Assembly: GCA_020852855.1 (NCBI GenBank)
Contig: JADZAA010000085.1
Coordinates: 10,713-74,712, forward strand
Origin: Bacteroidota bacterium
GTDB lineage: Bacteria > Bacteroidota > Ignavibacteria > Kapaibacteriales > UBA961
Reading direction: 5' to 3'
Length of the DNA: 64,000 nucleotides
Shown: piece after piece, positions 20,074-30,045 of the stretch
Numbering within the stretch: position 1 is the first letter of the stretch
Layout: every line of letters starts with the position of its first letter
The notes under the pieces: generated by a model
Database searches by the model: none
The model's input: the letters and a program-made list of their open reading frames with translations, nothing else
What the model was told of the DNA's origin: nothing
Position numbers and translations under genes: made by a program

Positions 20074-22956
20074 TTACTGTCCGAAACGGCGTAAATTATA
20101 AGTAAATGTCAGCAATGCATAGCGTTGCAATACCTTCGTTCTGCTGTCCTCTATATAAGTTCCTGTAACGTCGCGTCCGACGCTTTTATTTTGGTTCATT
20201 GCGTCGAACACCGATAGTTTTACTTCGCCGTCGCCGTCGAACAAACGATAGCCCAAACCAAGGCTTAGAAGCGGAATATTCTGGTTATAGCTGCCGCTTA
20301 AGCCACCGTTAATTATATAGCTCATATCGCCGGACAGCACCAAGCCGCCCCAAAATATCCAATTCAAACGTCCGTAAAAAGTGTGTGTGTAATAATTATC
20401 GTTTAACTCCTTGCGCAGAGAATTGGTTACGATATTGTATACACCGCGCCAGGAAAGCGAAAAATCAATATTTTCGTTGATATTGCTGGTAATTGCCAAC
20501 GAAGGAGTTATGGCAAGATTATCGGCAATATTTTCCACGCCGTTCACAAGTGAAGGCGTTCTGCTGAAAGTTGCGCCGGCATTGAAACTAAGATTGAGTT
20601 TAAGCGAATCAATCGGTTCAACGGGAAAGCTGTACGTTACGAACGAGCGCGCAGTCCAATATCCGTCAAGATTTACGGGGCGCGAAATCTGCGCACCGCC
20701 GCCGAGTCGGACGCTGTCGTCAAATTGCCCTATAGGAGCAAGTATAGTGTCGCGCTGTGCAATAAACGATGAAGTTGAGATTTTACCGGCTGTATAACCT
20801 CCCGAAAACATAATGAAAAATGCCGAAGCGGAAGCCATATCGAACATTCCGTAATTTGTAAAAATCGAGTGACTGTATTCTTGCTTCAAGTTCGGATTAC
20901 CCGTTGTCAGCCGCAGTGGGTCGGAATTATCCACTACGCTTTGCAGCTGTGAAATTAAAGGTTGATTTGTCGAGGTTCTATAGTGCAACCGTATATTGCT
21001 CGTCATAGAAGGGCGCGTCGAAAATGCAAGCGACGGCAATAAGTCCCGAAATGAATGAGCAATATCAAGCGACTGCGGAAATGTTTGACTTACCGTAAGC
21101 TCGGCAATTTGATAATCTGCGCCGATGCTGAAATTGGCAGTTGGGCTGAAATTATACTTCAATGTTGCGCCCGGACGATGCGTTATGTATTTACTTTCGG
21201 ATTTATTCGAAAGGCTCGGCTGCAGAAAATCGAAACGGCTGCTTACCGAATCCGGCCAATATGTTTTTCGGTCAGCTGCGCTGTTGCTGTAATTTTCATT
21301 GTAACTGAGTTGAATAATACTGTTTTCAAAAAGCGGCTCCGTGTAATTTATATTTGCACCAAGCGTTAAACCGTCGCCTAATGAAGGTGTATGTTGCAAA
21401 AGTGTGTCGTAATTAGCTGCGTTTTGCATCATAAACATATTTTTTGCCGTTGTGTTGGTTTCGCCGTTATTATCATTGTAAGATGTGTTGATATTAATGG
21501 AGAATGTGCGGCCTTCCGTTAAAAATCTATGCCGAAAAAGCAGGTCGTTATTAAAATTCAAACCTTTTGTTAAAGCCGATGAGCGGGAGTCGGACGTATT
21601 AAGCAGAGAACTGTCTGCGGCGAGTGTGGAATTAAGCGATGCGGATGGCTTGTCGGCAGATTGAAATGTCAGCCGCGGCGTAAGCGAGATAGAATTAAGC
21701 GAATCGACAGAATAATCGAAGCGTAAGTTAATGCGATGATTGATGTTGTCGGTATTGGTCGTATTATCCTGAATTGTGGTTTGATTGGCATTTCCCGTAA
21801 GAAAGTACAGGCGATTTATGCTTTGTTCGCTTTCATTGTCGGTTTTATTCACAAAATAACTGCCGGAAAAAGAAAGATTTTTATCCCAATTATCCGAATA
21901 ATTAAATCCGAGTGAATGAGCCGATGTAATCCCGTCGCTTTGCTGCACTAAAAAATCACTGATGCCGGCACCGCCCATTCTACCGCCTCCCCCGCCGAAC
22001 GCCGAGGTACGTCCCCCCATTCCGCTGCCGCCGCCGAATGCCCGCATCATACCGCCCATGCGTTGATACATAGGATTGCCGCCGCCGCCTATAACGCCGA
22101 GAATATCTTGTATGGAAAAATTCTGCTGATTGATATTATTGCTCATGCCGATAATGGAAATTCTTCTGTCACCGTCGAATATATTTACATTACCGCCTGC
22201 CGAGTAGCGGTTTTCTGTGCCGTAGCCGGCGTAGAGTTTGCCGAATTGTCCGCGCTTCTTGTCTTGACGCATTACGATATTGAGCGTTTTTGTTCGGTCG
22301 CCGTCGTCGAATCGAGTAAAGGCTGATTGGTCGCTCATTTGGTCATAAACTTGAATTTTATCAATAACTTCCGAAGGCAGATTTTTAAGAGCGGCCGCCG
22401 GGTCGCCGCCGAAAAAAGGTTTGCCGTCAACCAATACTTTGCGCACTTGCTCGCCTTGGGCTTTCACTTGACCGCTTTGGTCAATTTCAATGCCCGGCAT
22501 TTTACGTATCATGTCCTCGGCTGCGGCATTTTTATCCGTTTTGAATTGCATTGCATTGTATTCGGAAGTATCGCCGCGCACTTCTACCCGAATTGCGGCT
22601 CCTGTAACTTCCACGCCTTTTGTCAGCAATGCGCTTGCTTTAAGAGAAAGCGTACCGACTTTCGTTGTGTCGCCTGACTTGACCGAAACGGATTTTACCA
22701 GTGAATCGTAGCCGATATATCGCGCCACAAGCTCGTAACGCCCGGCCGCTATATTGCCAAGATGAAAACGGCCGCGCCCGTCGCTGATAGCACCGCCGAG
22801 AGATTTCCCCGTTGTGTTGCGCAATAGTATTGTAGCACCTTTAAGCGACTTACCGTCGGCAGCGTCGGCAGTAGAGCCCGAAACAGAACCTGTTTGTTGA
22901 GCAAAAATAGATATATGCATCAGCAACAAAGCAAACACTGACAGTAACAGTTTCAT
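20074..22956 (-). CDS. Outer-membrane beta-barrel protein with an N-terminal carboxypeptidase-regulatory-like domain (TonB-dependent-receptor-like)
   Basis: Signal peptide MKLLLSVFALLLMHISIFAQ. N-terminal beta-sandwich and plug-like segment. A Gly/Met-rich linker (GGGGNPMYQRMGGMMRAFGGGSGMGG...). A long C-terminal barrel ending in an aromatic residue. Start trimmed to the ATG at 22956. Confidence 0.65.
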   Translation of the reverse strand: MKLLLSVFALLLMHISIFAQQTGSVSGSTADAADGKSLKGATILLRNTTGKSLGGAISDGRGRFHLGNIAAGRYELVARYIGYDSLVKSVSVKSGDTTKVGTLSLKASALLTKGVEVTGAAIRVEVRGDTSEYNAMQFKTDKNAAAEDMIRKMPGIEIDQSGQVKAQGEQVRKVLVDGKPFFGGDPAAALKNLPSEVIDKIQVYDQMSDQSAFTRFDDGDRTKTLNIVMRQDKKRGQFGKLYAGYGTENRYSAGGNVNIFDGDRRISIIGMSNNINQQNFSIQDILGVIGGGGNPMYQRMGGMMRAFGGGSGMGGRTSAFGGGGGRMGGAGISDFLVQQSDGITSAHSLGFNYSDNWDKNLSFSGSYFVNKTDNESEQSINRLYFLTGNANQTTIQDNTTNTDNINHRINLRFDYSVDSLNSISLTPRLTFQSADKPSASLNSTLAADSSLLNTSDSRSSALTKGLNFNNDLLFRHRFLTEGRTFSININTSYNDNNGETNTTAKNMFMMQNAANYDTLLQHTPSLGDGLTLGANINYTEPLFENSIIQLSYNENYSNSAADRKTYWPDSVSSRFDFLQPSLSNKSESKYITHRPGATLKYNFSPTANFSIGADYQIAELTVSQTFPQSLDIAHSFRDLLPSLAFSTRPSMTSNIRLHYRTSTNQPLISQLQSVVDNSDPLRLTTGNPNLKQEYSHSIFTNYGMFDMASASAFFIMFSGGYTAGKISTSSFIAQRDTILAPIGQFDDSVRLGGGAQISRPVNLDGYWTARSFVTYSFPVEPIDSLKLNLSFNAGATFSRTPSLVNGVENIADNLAITPSLAITSNINENIDFSLSWRGVYNIVTNSLRKELNDNYYTHTFYGRLNWIFWGGLVLSGDMSYIINGGLSGSYNQNIPLLSLGLGYRLFDGDGEVKLSVFDAMNQNKSVGRDVTGTYIEDSRTKVLQRYALLTFTYNLRRFGQ

Positions 22957-23037
22957 AATGCAAGAATTTAATTGAAACAAGCGGCACAACAAGACACTAT
23001 GACTGATAATGCGCAAGTTTCGTTTATGCAACGTAGG

Positions 23038-23799
23038 TTAATACTTTCGCTTGCGATATATTTCCCATAGGAAAATATATTTAAGAAAAACATAAAGGAA
23101 CGCACTTGTACCGGCTATTAAACCCGGAATACCGTCAATAAACCAGCCGTGAACGATATAGTTTTTTACGAATGAAAACAGAGGGTTTGCAATAATATTA
23201 AACAGCGTGGCCGATTTGCCGAGAGCGGCATAACTTTCGGCGGTGGAACGTGCGTAGAAAATTGTTTTTTGCCAATGGTCAAGTATGTCGCGATAGGAAT
23301 AATGCAGAATTTCACCTTTTAATTTTATCGGTTTGCCTTGTGCGGATAATACGTCATGCGGATTATAGCCTGTCCATTCGGGGCGTGAATCGTTGCGCAC
23401 AAGCCGTAATTTGTAATCGGGCTGCCAGGCGCGCCGCATAATTTTCCTTAAATATACGGTTCTGCGATTGATAACGGCCGGCGCATTATTATCGGAATTT
23501 ATATATTGCGCTATTTCCGATTTTAATTCCGGCGTTATTTCCTCGTCGGAGTCAAGGCAAAGAATCCATTCACCCTTACACTTTCCGAGAGCAGAATTTT
23601 TTTGCGCGATATGCCCTTTCCATTCTTCGCTAAATATCGACGCACCGAAGCTTTTAGCGATTTCGGCCGTTGCATCTTCCGAGAAACTGTCAACTACGAT
23701 AATTTCGTCGGGCAAGCCGTCGAGTGCGGCTAGAGTTCGTGCGATATTACGCTCTTCGTTATAGGAAATAATCGCAACGGATAATTTGGGAATAAGCAT
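23038..23799 (-). CDS. Family 2 glycosyltransferase (GT-A fold)
   Basis: VAIISYNEE...DSxSxD...CLDSDEE, which are the DxD-type motifs of GT2 enzymes. Confidence 0.8.
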   Translation of the reverse strand: MLIPKLSVAIISYNEERNIARTLAALDGLPDEIIVVDSFSEDATAEIAKSFGASIFSEEWKGHIAQKNSALGKCKGEWILCLDSDEEITPELKSEIAQYINSDNNAPAVINRRTVYLRKIMRRAWQPDYKLRLVRNDSRPEWTGYNPHDVLSAQGKPIKLKGEILHYSYRDILDHWQKTIFYARSTAESYAALGKSATLFNIIANPLFSFVKNYIVHGWFIDGIPGLIAGTSAFLYVFLKYIFLWEIYRKRKY

Positions 23800-23929
23800 G
23801 ATTTAATTTGATTTTTCCGCGTCTTTTTTATAAAAACTGTAATTACAAAAGAATAAATAATTTATTTTTCAATATATTTTTTACTTTAAATATTCTTTTA
23901 TCCGATAAAGATTGCCGTAAAATAACTTT

Positions 23930-23958
23930 CGCCCGTTCCGGTTATGCGGTAACGGGCG
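23930..23958 (-). terminator. Putative intrinsic terminator hairpin downstream of the Gly-rich repeat gene
   Basis: 8-bp stem CGCCCGTT / AACGGGCG with a 13-nt loop, flanked by T/A-rich runs on both sides. Confidence 0.35.
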
Positions 23959-23981
23959 AAAATGGTTTTTTTTCGAAAAAA

Positions 23982-26279
23982 TCAGGGCTTAAATATAATA
24001 ACTTGGAATCCGCTTTGCACGGTTGCCGAGCCGAGATTAAATAATTTCACCATCAGCCGACTGTTCGATGCGGTTGAAGTAACCGGTATCAGCGGCGTAT
24101 TGGCATTTATCGGAGTTACTGCGCAAGTATATGCTGTTTCAGTGAAATTTTCGTTTTGTATGGTTATTAAATATGCGCCCAGCGAACCGTCCCAATTACA
24201 GGCAATATTCGGCGTTCCGGCCGTTATTGCTCCGTTTGCGGCAATTGTTGCGTAACCGATTGGCATGGCACGACGTTCGCCGTTTGGTACATTCGCGTAA
24301 GTTCTGGTTATATCGCCCGTTATATTTACTTTTCCTTGAAAATATCCGGCATACGACGATGCGGCTGTTTGTGTATTCGACCCGTAGATTGCAACTCCCG
24401 AATCGCTGGCTGATGTTGCCCAAACGCCGTAATTTCTTCCCGATGACGATGTTGCCTGTGCCGAAACGCCGATGCCGCTTGCACCGGCAGCCGTGCCTTG
24501 AACCCCGGACGCAGTTTCTTCGCCTTGTGCAAAACCGGCAACGCCTGTGCCTTCGGACGATATACCGTAAACGCCGTAACCTTTACCGGTATGCGAGCCA
24601 TATACGCCGCTGCCATTTGAATACAAGCCGTTATTTATGCCGCGAACGCCTGCCGAGCCTATACCGGGTACTGTATTTCTCACTACACCTTGTACGCCGC
24701 TTGCATCTTGTGCAGATGCAACTGTTTCGCCGTAAACACCTGCGAAACGCCCTGATGCGCCTGTATGATAGCCTGCAATTCCCATACTGTCGCGACTAAA
24801 ACCGCGAACACCTACGCCTGCCGCCGCACTACCCATAACGCCCGTTCCGTGTCCGTTGTGAAGTCCCCAAACTCCTGCTCCATTAGTTAAAGTATCGTTG
24901 TGTATTCCTTTTATTCCGGCTGAGTTGATACCGCCCGTTTTTGATACAATTTCTCCGACTATTCCTGCCGCCGTATCGCCTATCGATGCACTTGCTCCAT
25001 AAATCCCGGGAAAAATTCCCGTTGCCGATGAATGAATGCCCAAAATACCGATACTGTCGCGGCTAAGTCCTTTAACTCCTATACCTTGCAGTGTGCTACC
25101 CATAACTCCGACTCCGCGGCCGGCATGGCGCCCCCACACTCCGAAGCCTCTTGCACCGGTCGAATTAATTGCTCCTGAAACTCCGCTGGCAGATGCTCCG
25201 GGTAAAGTGGCAGTGGCAATTCCCGTTACGCCTGCAATTGAATCGGCAGTAGATGCAACGCGGCCGATTATGCCGTTTGATTTAGCCGTCGCACTTACCG
25301 CATTACCTTCGATTGCATAGCCTGAACCGGCCGCTTCGGCTTTTATGGCCGGTGCCGAACTATTGATGTTCGAAACGTTAAAAGTTGCTGCAATGCCCGT
25401 TCCCGTTGCGTTGGCAGCAAAAGCCGCACCGAGCCCGTTGTTTTCGGCAATCAGCGCGGGCGAATTGTTGGCGGCAAAATTAACCGCAAACTTTGCCGAA
25501 CTTCCATTGTTTACGTTTGTTATTGTAAGTGCAGGCTGTCCGCTTACATCTCCTTCGCCGGAATACGGCAGTACAAAAGGTACGGCTGTAGGTGTTTTCC
25601 ATTGCAAGCGGCCCGCCGGAGGAACTCCGATATAAGTCAGTACATCGCCGTCTTTGGGTGCGCCCTTTGCCGAAAACTGCTCGTAAGTAAGTGTTCCGGG
25701 AGCAATATATTCGCGTGTAATGGCATTTGTGGATAAGCGCACGGTTACATCGCCCGTGCCGCCGTAAGGCTCTACGAGAATAGGCCCTTCGCCGCTGATT
25801 TTTGTAACGACGCTTTTCCATTCCACACCGTTTTTGGTTGTTACCATTGCTTGATTTTCCGACTGTGCCGAGCGGCGGCTTATTTTTGCCGGAGTTACGG
25901 AGCTGTCGGCTATTGCAAGGGCATAAGGCGCAGCCGCCAACTGAATTCGCGGCGTAAATTCATCTGAACCCATAGAAACTCCCAACCAATATGGGCGGTC
26001 GAAATCCATATCAAGCGGTATTCCGCCGGATACGGTAGAGCCGAGATATACATTAAAAAGGCCTTTTTGAACTTCTGTGTTTACAGATTCTTGAAATACA
26101 AGAGTTCCTCCTGTCGGCGCGGTGTATAATCTCAACGTAAGATTAAACGAGCCGTTAACGGGTTTTGTGGGGTCGCCTTCGAGTATTCCCTGAACGGAAA
26201 TAATGCGCGGCGTTTGAGCCGAAGCGTTGTCCACGCACAACAGCACGAACAATACACATAATATTAAAAAGTATTTCAC
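23982..26279 (-). CDS. Secreted glycine-rich tandem-repeat surface protein (unclassified family)
   Basis: Probable GTG start at 26279 preceded by AGAGG. Signal peptide MKYFLILCVLFVLLCVDNASAQ. A roughly 300-aa N-terminal domain is followed by about 330 aa of G(V/I)xG-type repeats with a roughly 88-aa higher-order period, then a 110-aa C-terminal domain. Confidence 0.6.
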   Translation of the reverse strand: MKYFLILCVLFVLLCVDNASAQTPRIISVQGILEGDPTKPVNGSFNLTLRLYTAPTGGTLVFQESVNTEVQKGLFNVYLGSTVSGGIPLDMDFDRPYWLGVSMGSDEFTPRIQLAAAPYALAIADSSVTPAKISRRSAQSENQAMVTTKNGVEWKSVVTKISGEGPILVEPYGGTGDVTVRLSTNAITREYIAPGTLTYEQFSAKGAPKDGDVLTYIGVPPAGRLQWKTPTAVPFVLPYSGEGDVSGQPALTITNVNNGSSAKFAVNFAANNSPALIAENNGLGAAFAANATGTGIAATFNVSNINSSAPAIKAEAAGSGYAIEGNAVSATAKSNGIIGRVASTADSIAGVTGIATATLPGASASGVSGAINSTGARGFGVWGRHAGRGVGVMGSTLQGIGVKGLSRDSIGILGIHSSATGIFPGIYGASASIGDTAAGIVGEIVSKTGGINSAGIKGIHNDTLTNGAGVWGLHNGHGTGVMGSAAAGVGVRGFSRDSMGIAGYHTGASGRFAGVYGETVASAQDASGVQGVVRNTVPGIGSAGVRGINNGLYSNGSGVYGSHTGKGYGVYGISSEGTGVAGFAQGEETASGVQGTAAGASGIGVSAQATSSSGRNYGVWATSASDSGVAIYGSNTQTAASSYAGYFQGKVNITGDITRTYANVPNGERRAMPIGYATIAANGAITAGTPNIACNWDGSLGAYLITIQNENFTETAYTCAVTPINANTPLIPVTSTASNSRLMVKLFNLGSATVQSGFQVIIFKP

Positions 26280-26567
26280 GGTTTTGCCTCTAAAATATGG
26301 ATATCGACGAATTTTTACCGGCAAAATTACAAAATTACTGCCAAGCATTGGCGCAGGACAAACGGTTTATTGTATTCAGGCTATAAATATTAAGCATCGA
26401 AAATAGTTTGTGCCGATTTTAGTTTTCGGCATAGATACGACAATTTTCCTACATTTCCTGTATTGGCAATTAAAATTACGATTATTTGCCGCTTCGCCGA
26501 TTATTCGTATTTTGCCCGCAAAAGTCAGACAGCCCAAGTTTCCAAAACAAATCAAGGAAGTACGGTT

Positions 26568-28727
26568 ATGGATTTCTTTGAGCACTTATTGCACGAATTC
26601 GAAATACCGCTTACCAATCCTGTTCTTATATTTTCGCTGATATTATTTATAATTCTGCTTTCTCCGATTATTTTGAGAAGGCTGAATATACCCGGAATTA
26701 TCGTTTTGATAATATCGGGCGTAATAATTGGCCCGCACGGCTTGAATATACTCAGAAAAAGTTCGGCCGTAGACCTTTTTTCGACTATAGGCTTGCTTTA
26801 TATTATGTTTATAGCCGGTCTTGAGCTGGATATCAATGAATTTAAGGCTAATCGGAACAAAAGTTTAATATTCGGTTTTTTTACTTTTCTGATACCCTTA
26901 ACCATCGGTTATCCAGTTTGTTTTTATCTGCTTGGATATGATTTCAATGCAAGTTTTTTAACGGCAAGTATGTTTGCTACGCATACTCTTGTGGCATATT
27001 CCATCGTGAGCAAATTAGGCGTTTCAAAAAATCAAGCGGTAGCCGTTACGGTGGGCGGAACTATACTGACGGATACGGCGGTGCTTATTATTCTGGCTGT
27101 TATCATGGGTAACAGTCGGGGCGGTTTAGACCAATTGTTCTGGATAAGATTAGGAGGCTCGCTTGCTATATTTTCCGCAATTATGTTCCTGATTATTCCA
27201 AGAATATCGCAGTGGTTTTTTCGTAAATTGGAAAGCGAGAAACATTCGCATTACATATTTGTATTGTCGGTTGTATTTTTTGCTGCATTCTTGGCCGAAG
27301 TAGCCGGAGTTGAAGCAATTATCGGTGCATTTACAGCCGGATTGGCACTAAACAGATTGATACCCAATTCGTCGGCTTTGATGAACAGAATAGAATTTAT
27401 TGGAAATTCACTGTTCATTCCTTTCTTTTTGATCAGCGTTGGAATGTTGGTAGATGTCAGCGTAATTCTAAGCGGGCCGATGGCATTGGTTGTGGCGGGC
27501 ACCCTTTCTGCCGTTGCTTTATCGAGCAAATGGCTTGCCGCCGCACTTACGCAGCTGATATTCAAATATTCCAAAGCGCAACGTCAACTTATTTTCGGTT
27601 TAAGCGGAGCGCATGCCGCAGCAACTCTGGCTGTGATTTTAGTCGGATACGAAGCCGGAATACTCGATGATAATATATTAAACGGTACGGTTATACTTAT
27701 TCTTATTACTTGCGTGGTTGCTTCCTTTGCCACAGAAAAGGCCGCGAAACAAATTATACTTGAAACCGAAAACGATGCAACCGAGCCGGGTGAGGCAAAT
27801 AATATTCACAATGAGCATATTTTACTGCCTATTGCAAATATGGAGAATATCGACAAACTTGTCGAATTTTCAATTTTTATCAAAGATAAAAAATCGGTTA
27901 ATCCGATATCAATACTTACAGTTGTTTCTAATAACGATGAAGCCGAAACGAATATATTAAAAGCCAGAAATAAATTAGAAAAATTCGTAATGCAGGCATC
28001 GGCCTCCGAAACAAAAGTTAATGTAATCACAACGATTGACCATAATGCTGCAAGTGGAATTGTGCGAATATCGCGTGAAATAATGGCCGATATAATCGTT
28101 ATGGGCTGGCCGCGCCGTGTGGGTTTTATAGATAAATTGATAGGCGGAAAAATAGGCGTGGTTCTAAGTAATACGGATAAAAACGCTTTTATATGCCATC
28201 TTGAAAAGCCTTTGATTCTGCATAAAAGAGTAGTAATTGCCGCTCCGCCGCTTACGGAGTTTGAAAAAGGGTTCGAGCAATGGCTTGCTAAAATTGCACG
28301 CTTGGCGCAAGAATTAAGCGTTCCTATTCAGTTGTATTGCAATGAATTGACTGAAAAGGCCGTAAGAAAAATATTTGCTCAAGAAAAATTGGTGATTCCG
28401 CTTGCGGCAACGTTGTTTAACGATTGGGAAGATTTTTTGGTTCTGGCAAGATATATTTGCGAAGATGATTTGTTCGTACTGATATCCGCACGCAAAGGAG
28501 CACCGTCTTATATGGCGATATTGGATAATATGCCGAATAAATTGGAAAAATATTTCGCCATGAACAGCAGAATTTTAATTTATCCGCAACAATTTAATCA
28601 AGAGCGTATGATTGAGCAATACAATGATAATACGGCGCAACCGTTAAGCAAAGGAATCGAAACAATTCAAAAAATAGGCAAAGGAATTGGCGATATGTTT
28701 AAAAAGGAGGATAGCGATGAACATTGA
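26568..28727 (+). CDS. Monovalent cation:proton antiporter (CPA1/CPA2 Na+/H+ exchanger) with a large C-terminal cytoplasmic domain
   Basis: AAGGAAG ribosome-binding site 6 nt before the ATG at 26568. About 12 TM helices with NhaP/Kef-like motifs. The roughly 300-aa C-terminal soluble region is USP-like. Confidence 0.8.
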   Translation: MDFFEHLLHEFEIPLTNPVLIFSLILFIILLSPIILRRLNIPGIIVLIISGVIIGPHGLNILRKSSAVDLFSTIGLLYIMFIAGLELDINEFKANRNKSLIFGFFTFLIPLTIGYPVCFYLLGYDFNASFLTASMFATHTLVAYSIVSKLGVSKNQAVAVTVGGTILTDTAVLIILAVIMGNSRGGLDQLFWIRLGGSLAIFSAIMFLIIPRISQWFFRKLESEKHSHYIFVLSVVFFAAFLAEVAGVEAIIGAFTAGLALNRLIPNSSALMNRIEFIGNSLFIPFFLISVGMLVDVSVILSGPMALVVAGTLSAVALSSKWLAAALTQLIFKYSKAQRQLIFGLSGAHAAATLAVILVGYEAGILDDNILNGTVILILITCVVASFATEKAAKQIILETENDATEPGEANNIHNEHILLPIANMENIDKLVEFSIFIKDKKSVNPISILTVVSNNDEAETNILKARNKLEKFVMQASASETKVNVITTIDHNAASGIVRISREIMADIIVMGWPRRVGFIDKLIGGKIGVVLSNTDKNAFICHLEKPLILHKRVVIAAPPLTEFEKGFEQWLAKIARLAQELSVPIQLYCNELTEKAVRKIFAQEKLVIPLAATLFNDWEDFLVLARYICEDDLFVLISARKGAPSYMAILDNMPNKLEKYFAMNSRILIYPQQFNQERMIEQYNDNTAQPLSKGIETIQKIGKGIGDMFKKEDSDEH

Positions 28728-29121
28728 TTTTTTGGAAATAATTCTATATGTGGCAGACCAGCGCAGAAGCACCGACTTTTACTCGCAGCTATTTCGCAGA
28801 TTGCCTGATTTGGACGTTCCGGGAATGACAGAATTTAATATTTCCGAAAAATGTGCGTTAGGCCTGATGCCGAACAAAGGAATCGAGAAAATCCTGACAA
28901 ATAAAACACCGAGTCCCGACAGCGGCAACGGTATACCGCGATGCGAACTGTATCTCAGCGTCGACGACGTAGAACTTGAATTTCATAACGCATTAAAAAC
29001 CGGTGCGAAACTTATCAGCCCGATTGAAGATAGAAACTGGGGTGATAAAGTATGCTATTTTGCCGATTATGACGGACATATAATTGCATTCGCAGAAAGA
29101 ATTAAAACGAATAAATTTTGA
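28717..29121 (+). CDS. VOC-family protein (glyoxalase/bleomycin-resistance fold)
   Basis: AAGGAGG ribosome-binding site 6 nt upstream of the ATG at 28717. 134 aa with beta-alpha-beta-beta-beta module-like composition. Overlaps the antiporter stop by 11 nt. Confidence 0.6.
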   Translation: MNIDFLEIILYVADQRRSTDFYSQLFRRLPDLDVPGMTEFNISEKCALGLMPNKGIEKILTNKTPSPDSGNGIPRCELYLSVDDVELEFHNALKTGAKLISPIEDRNWGDKVCYFADYDGHIIAFAERIKTNKF

Positions 29122-29222
29122 GCGTAACTATATTCAGACTGAATGAGTTAAATTCGATAGACATACGGTTGCGACATTATTTTCCCGAATCATTCAATCA
29201 TTTTTACGGCAAGTAAATATTT

Positions 29223-30002
29223 ATGGCAAAAACTATGCAACGCGAGGAATTGTTAGGTAAATGCGCTTGGATAACCGGCGCAAGCTCGGGAATAGGGCTT
29301 GCAATAGCACAAAGATTATACGACCGCGTGGAAACTTTGGCTTTGAGTTCGCGAAATAAGAATAATCTTATCGAGCAAGCCCGACAATTTTCACAAAACG
29401 TTTCGTCGAAGCATCCAATTTTTACGGCACGGTGCGATTTGCGCTATAGCGAAAGTGTTACGGCCGCCCGCGAGCGAATTGCTGTTATGTATGAAAATAC
29501 TACGGGCGAGGTCAACGCCGATATTCCCGACATTTTAATAAACAATGCCGGTGCGTGCCATTTTTCTCTTGCTTGGGAATATTCCGACGACCAAATTGCG
29601 GAAATGCTCGAAACAAATCTTGCCGGCCTGATACATTGTGTTCGTGCCGTATTGCCCGGAATGATCCGCAACGAGCGCGGCATTATAGTTAATATACTTT
29701 CTGTCGCAAGCGTAAAAACTTTTACAAATTGCTCTGTATATGCTGCTTCCAAGGCCGGTGCTTTGGCCTTCAGCCGCTCATTGCGCGAAGAAGTTCGCCC
29801 TTACAATATCAAGGTGATAGACGTTCTTGCGGGTGCAACCGAAACGCCGCTATGGCCGGAGGAGTCGCGCACCGCATTCGGCGAGCGTATGCTGCGTCCC
29901 GACGATATTGCGGAAGCCGTAGCAGCAATGATTGATCTTGCACGGCGCGAGCGCGTTTCGCCGGAGGAAATTACAGTCAGGCCTCGTTTGGGCGATTTAT
30001 GA
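29223..30002 (+). CDS. SDR-family oxidoreductase
   Basis: TGASSGIGLAIA cofactor motif, NNAG, and catalytic YxxxK (YAASK). Confidence 0.8.
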   Translation: MAKTMQREELLGKCAWITGASSGIGLAIAQRLYDRVETLALSSRNKNNLIEQARQFSQNVSSKHPIFTARCDLRYSESVTAARERIAVMYENTTGEVNADIPDILINNAGACHFSLAWEYSDDQIAEMLETNLAGLIHCVRAVLPGMIRNERGIIVNILSVASVKTFTNCSVYAASKAGALAFSRSLREEVRPYNIKVIDVLAGATETPLWPEESRTAFGERMLRPDDIAEAVAAMIDLARRERVSPEEITVRPRLGDL

Positions 30003-30045
30003 ACATCTGCAAAGAAGAATGTGTAACAGATTGGTATTACAACAC

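Noticed and set aside
24173-24799. 208-aa Arg-rich + strand ORF and other small ORFs inside 23982-26348
   Set aside because: Antisense or alternative-frame products of the glycine-rich repeat gene. Their composition mirrors the GGN/GCN codon bias of that gene.
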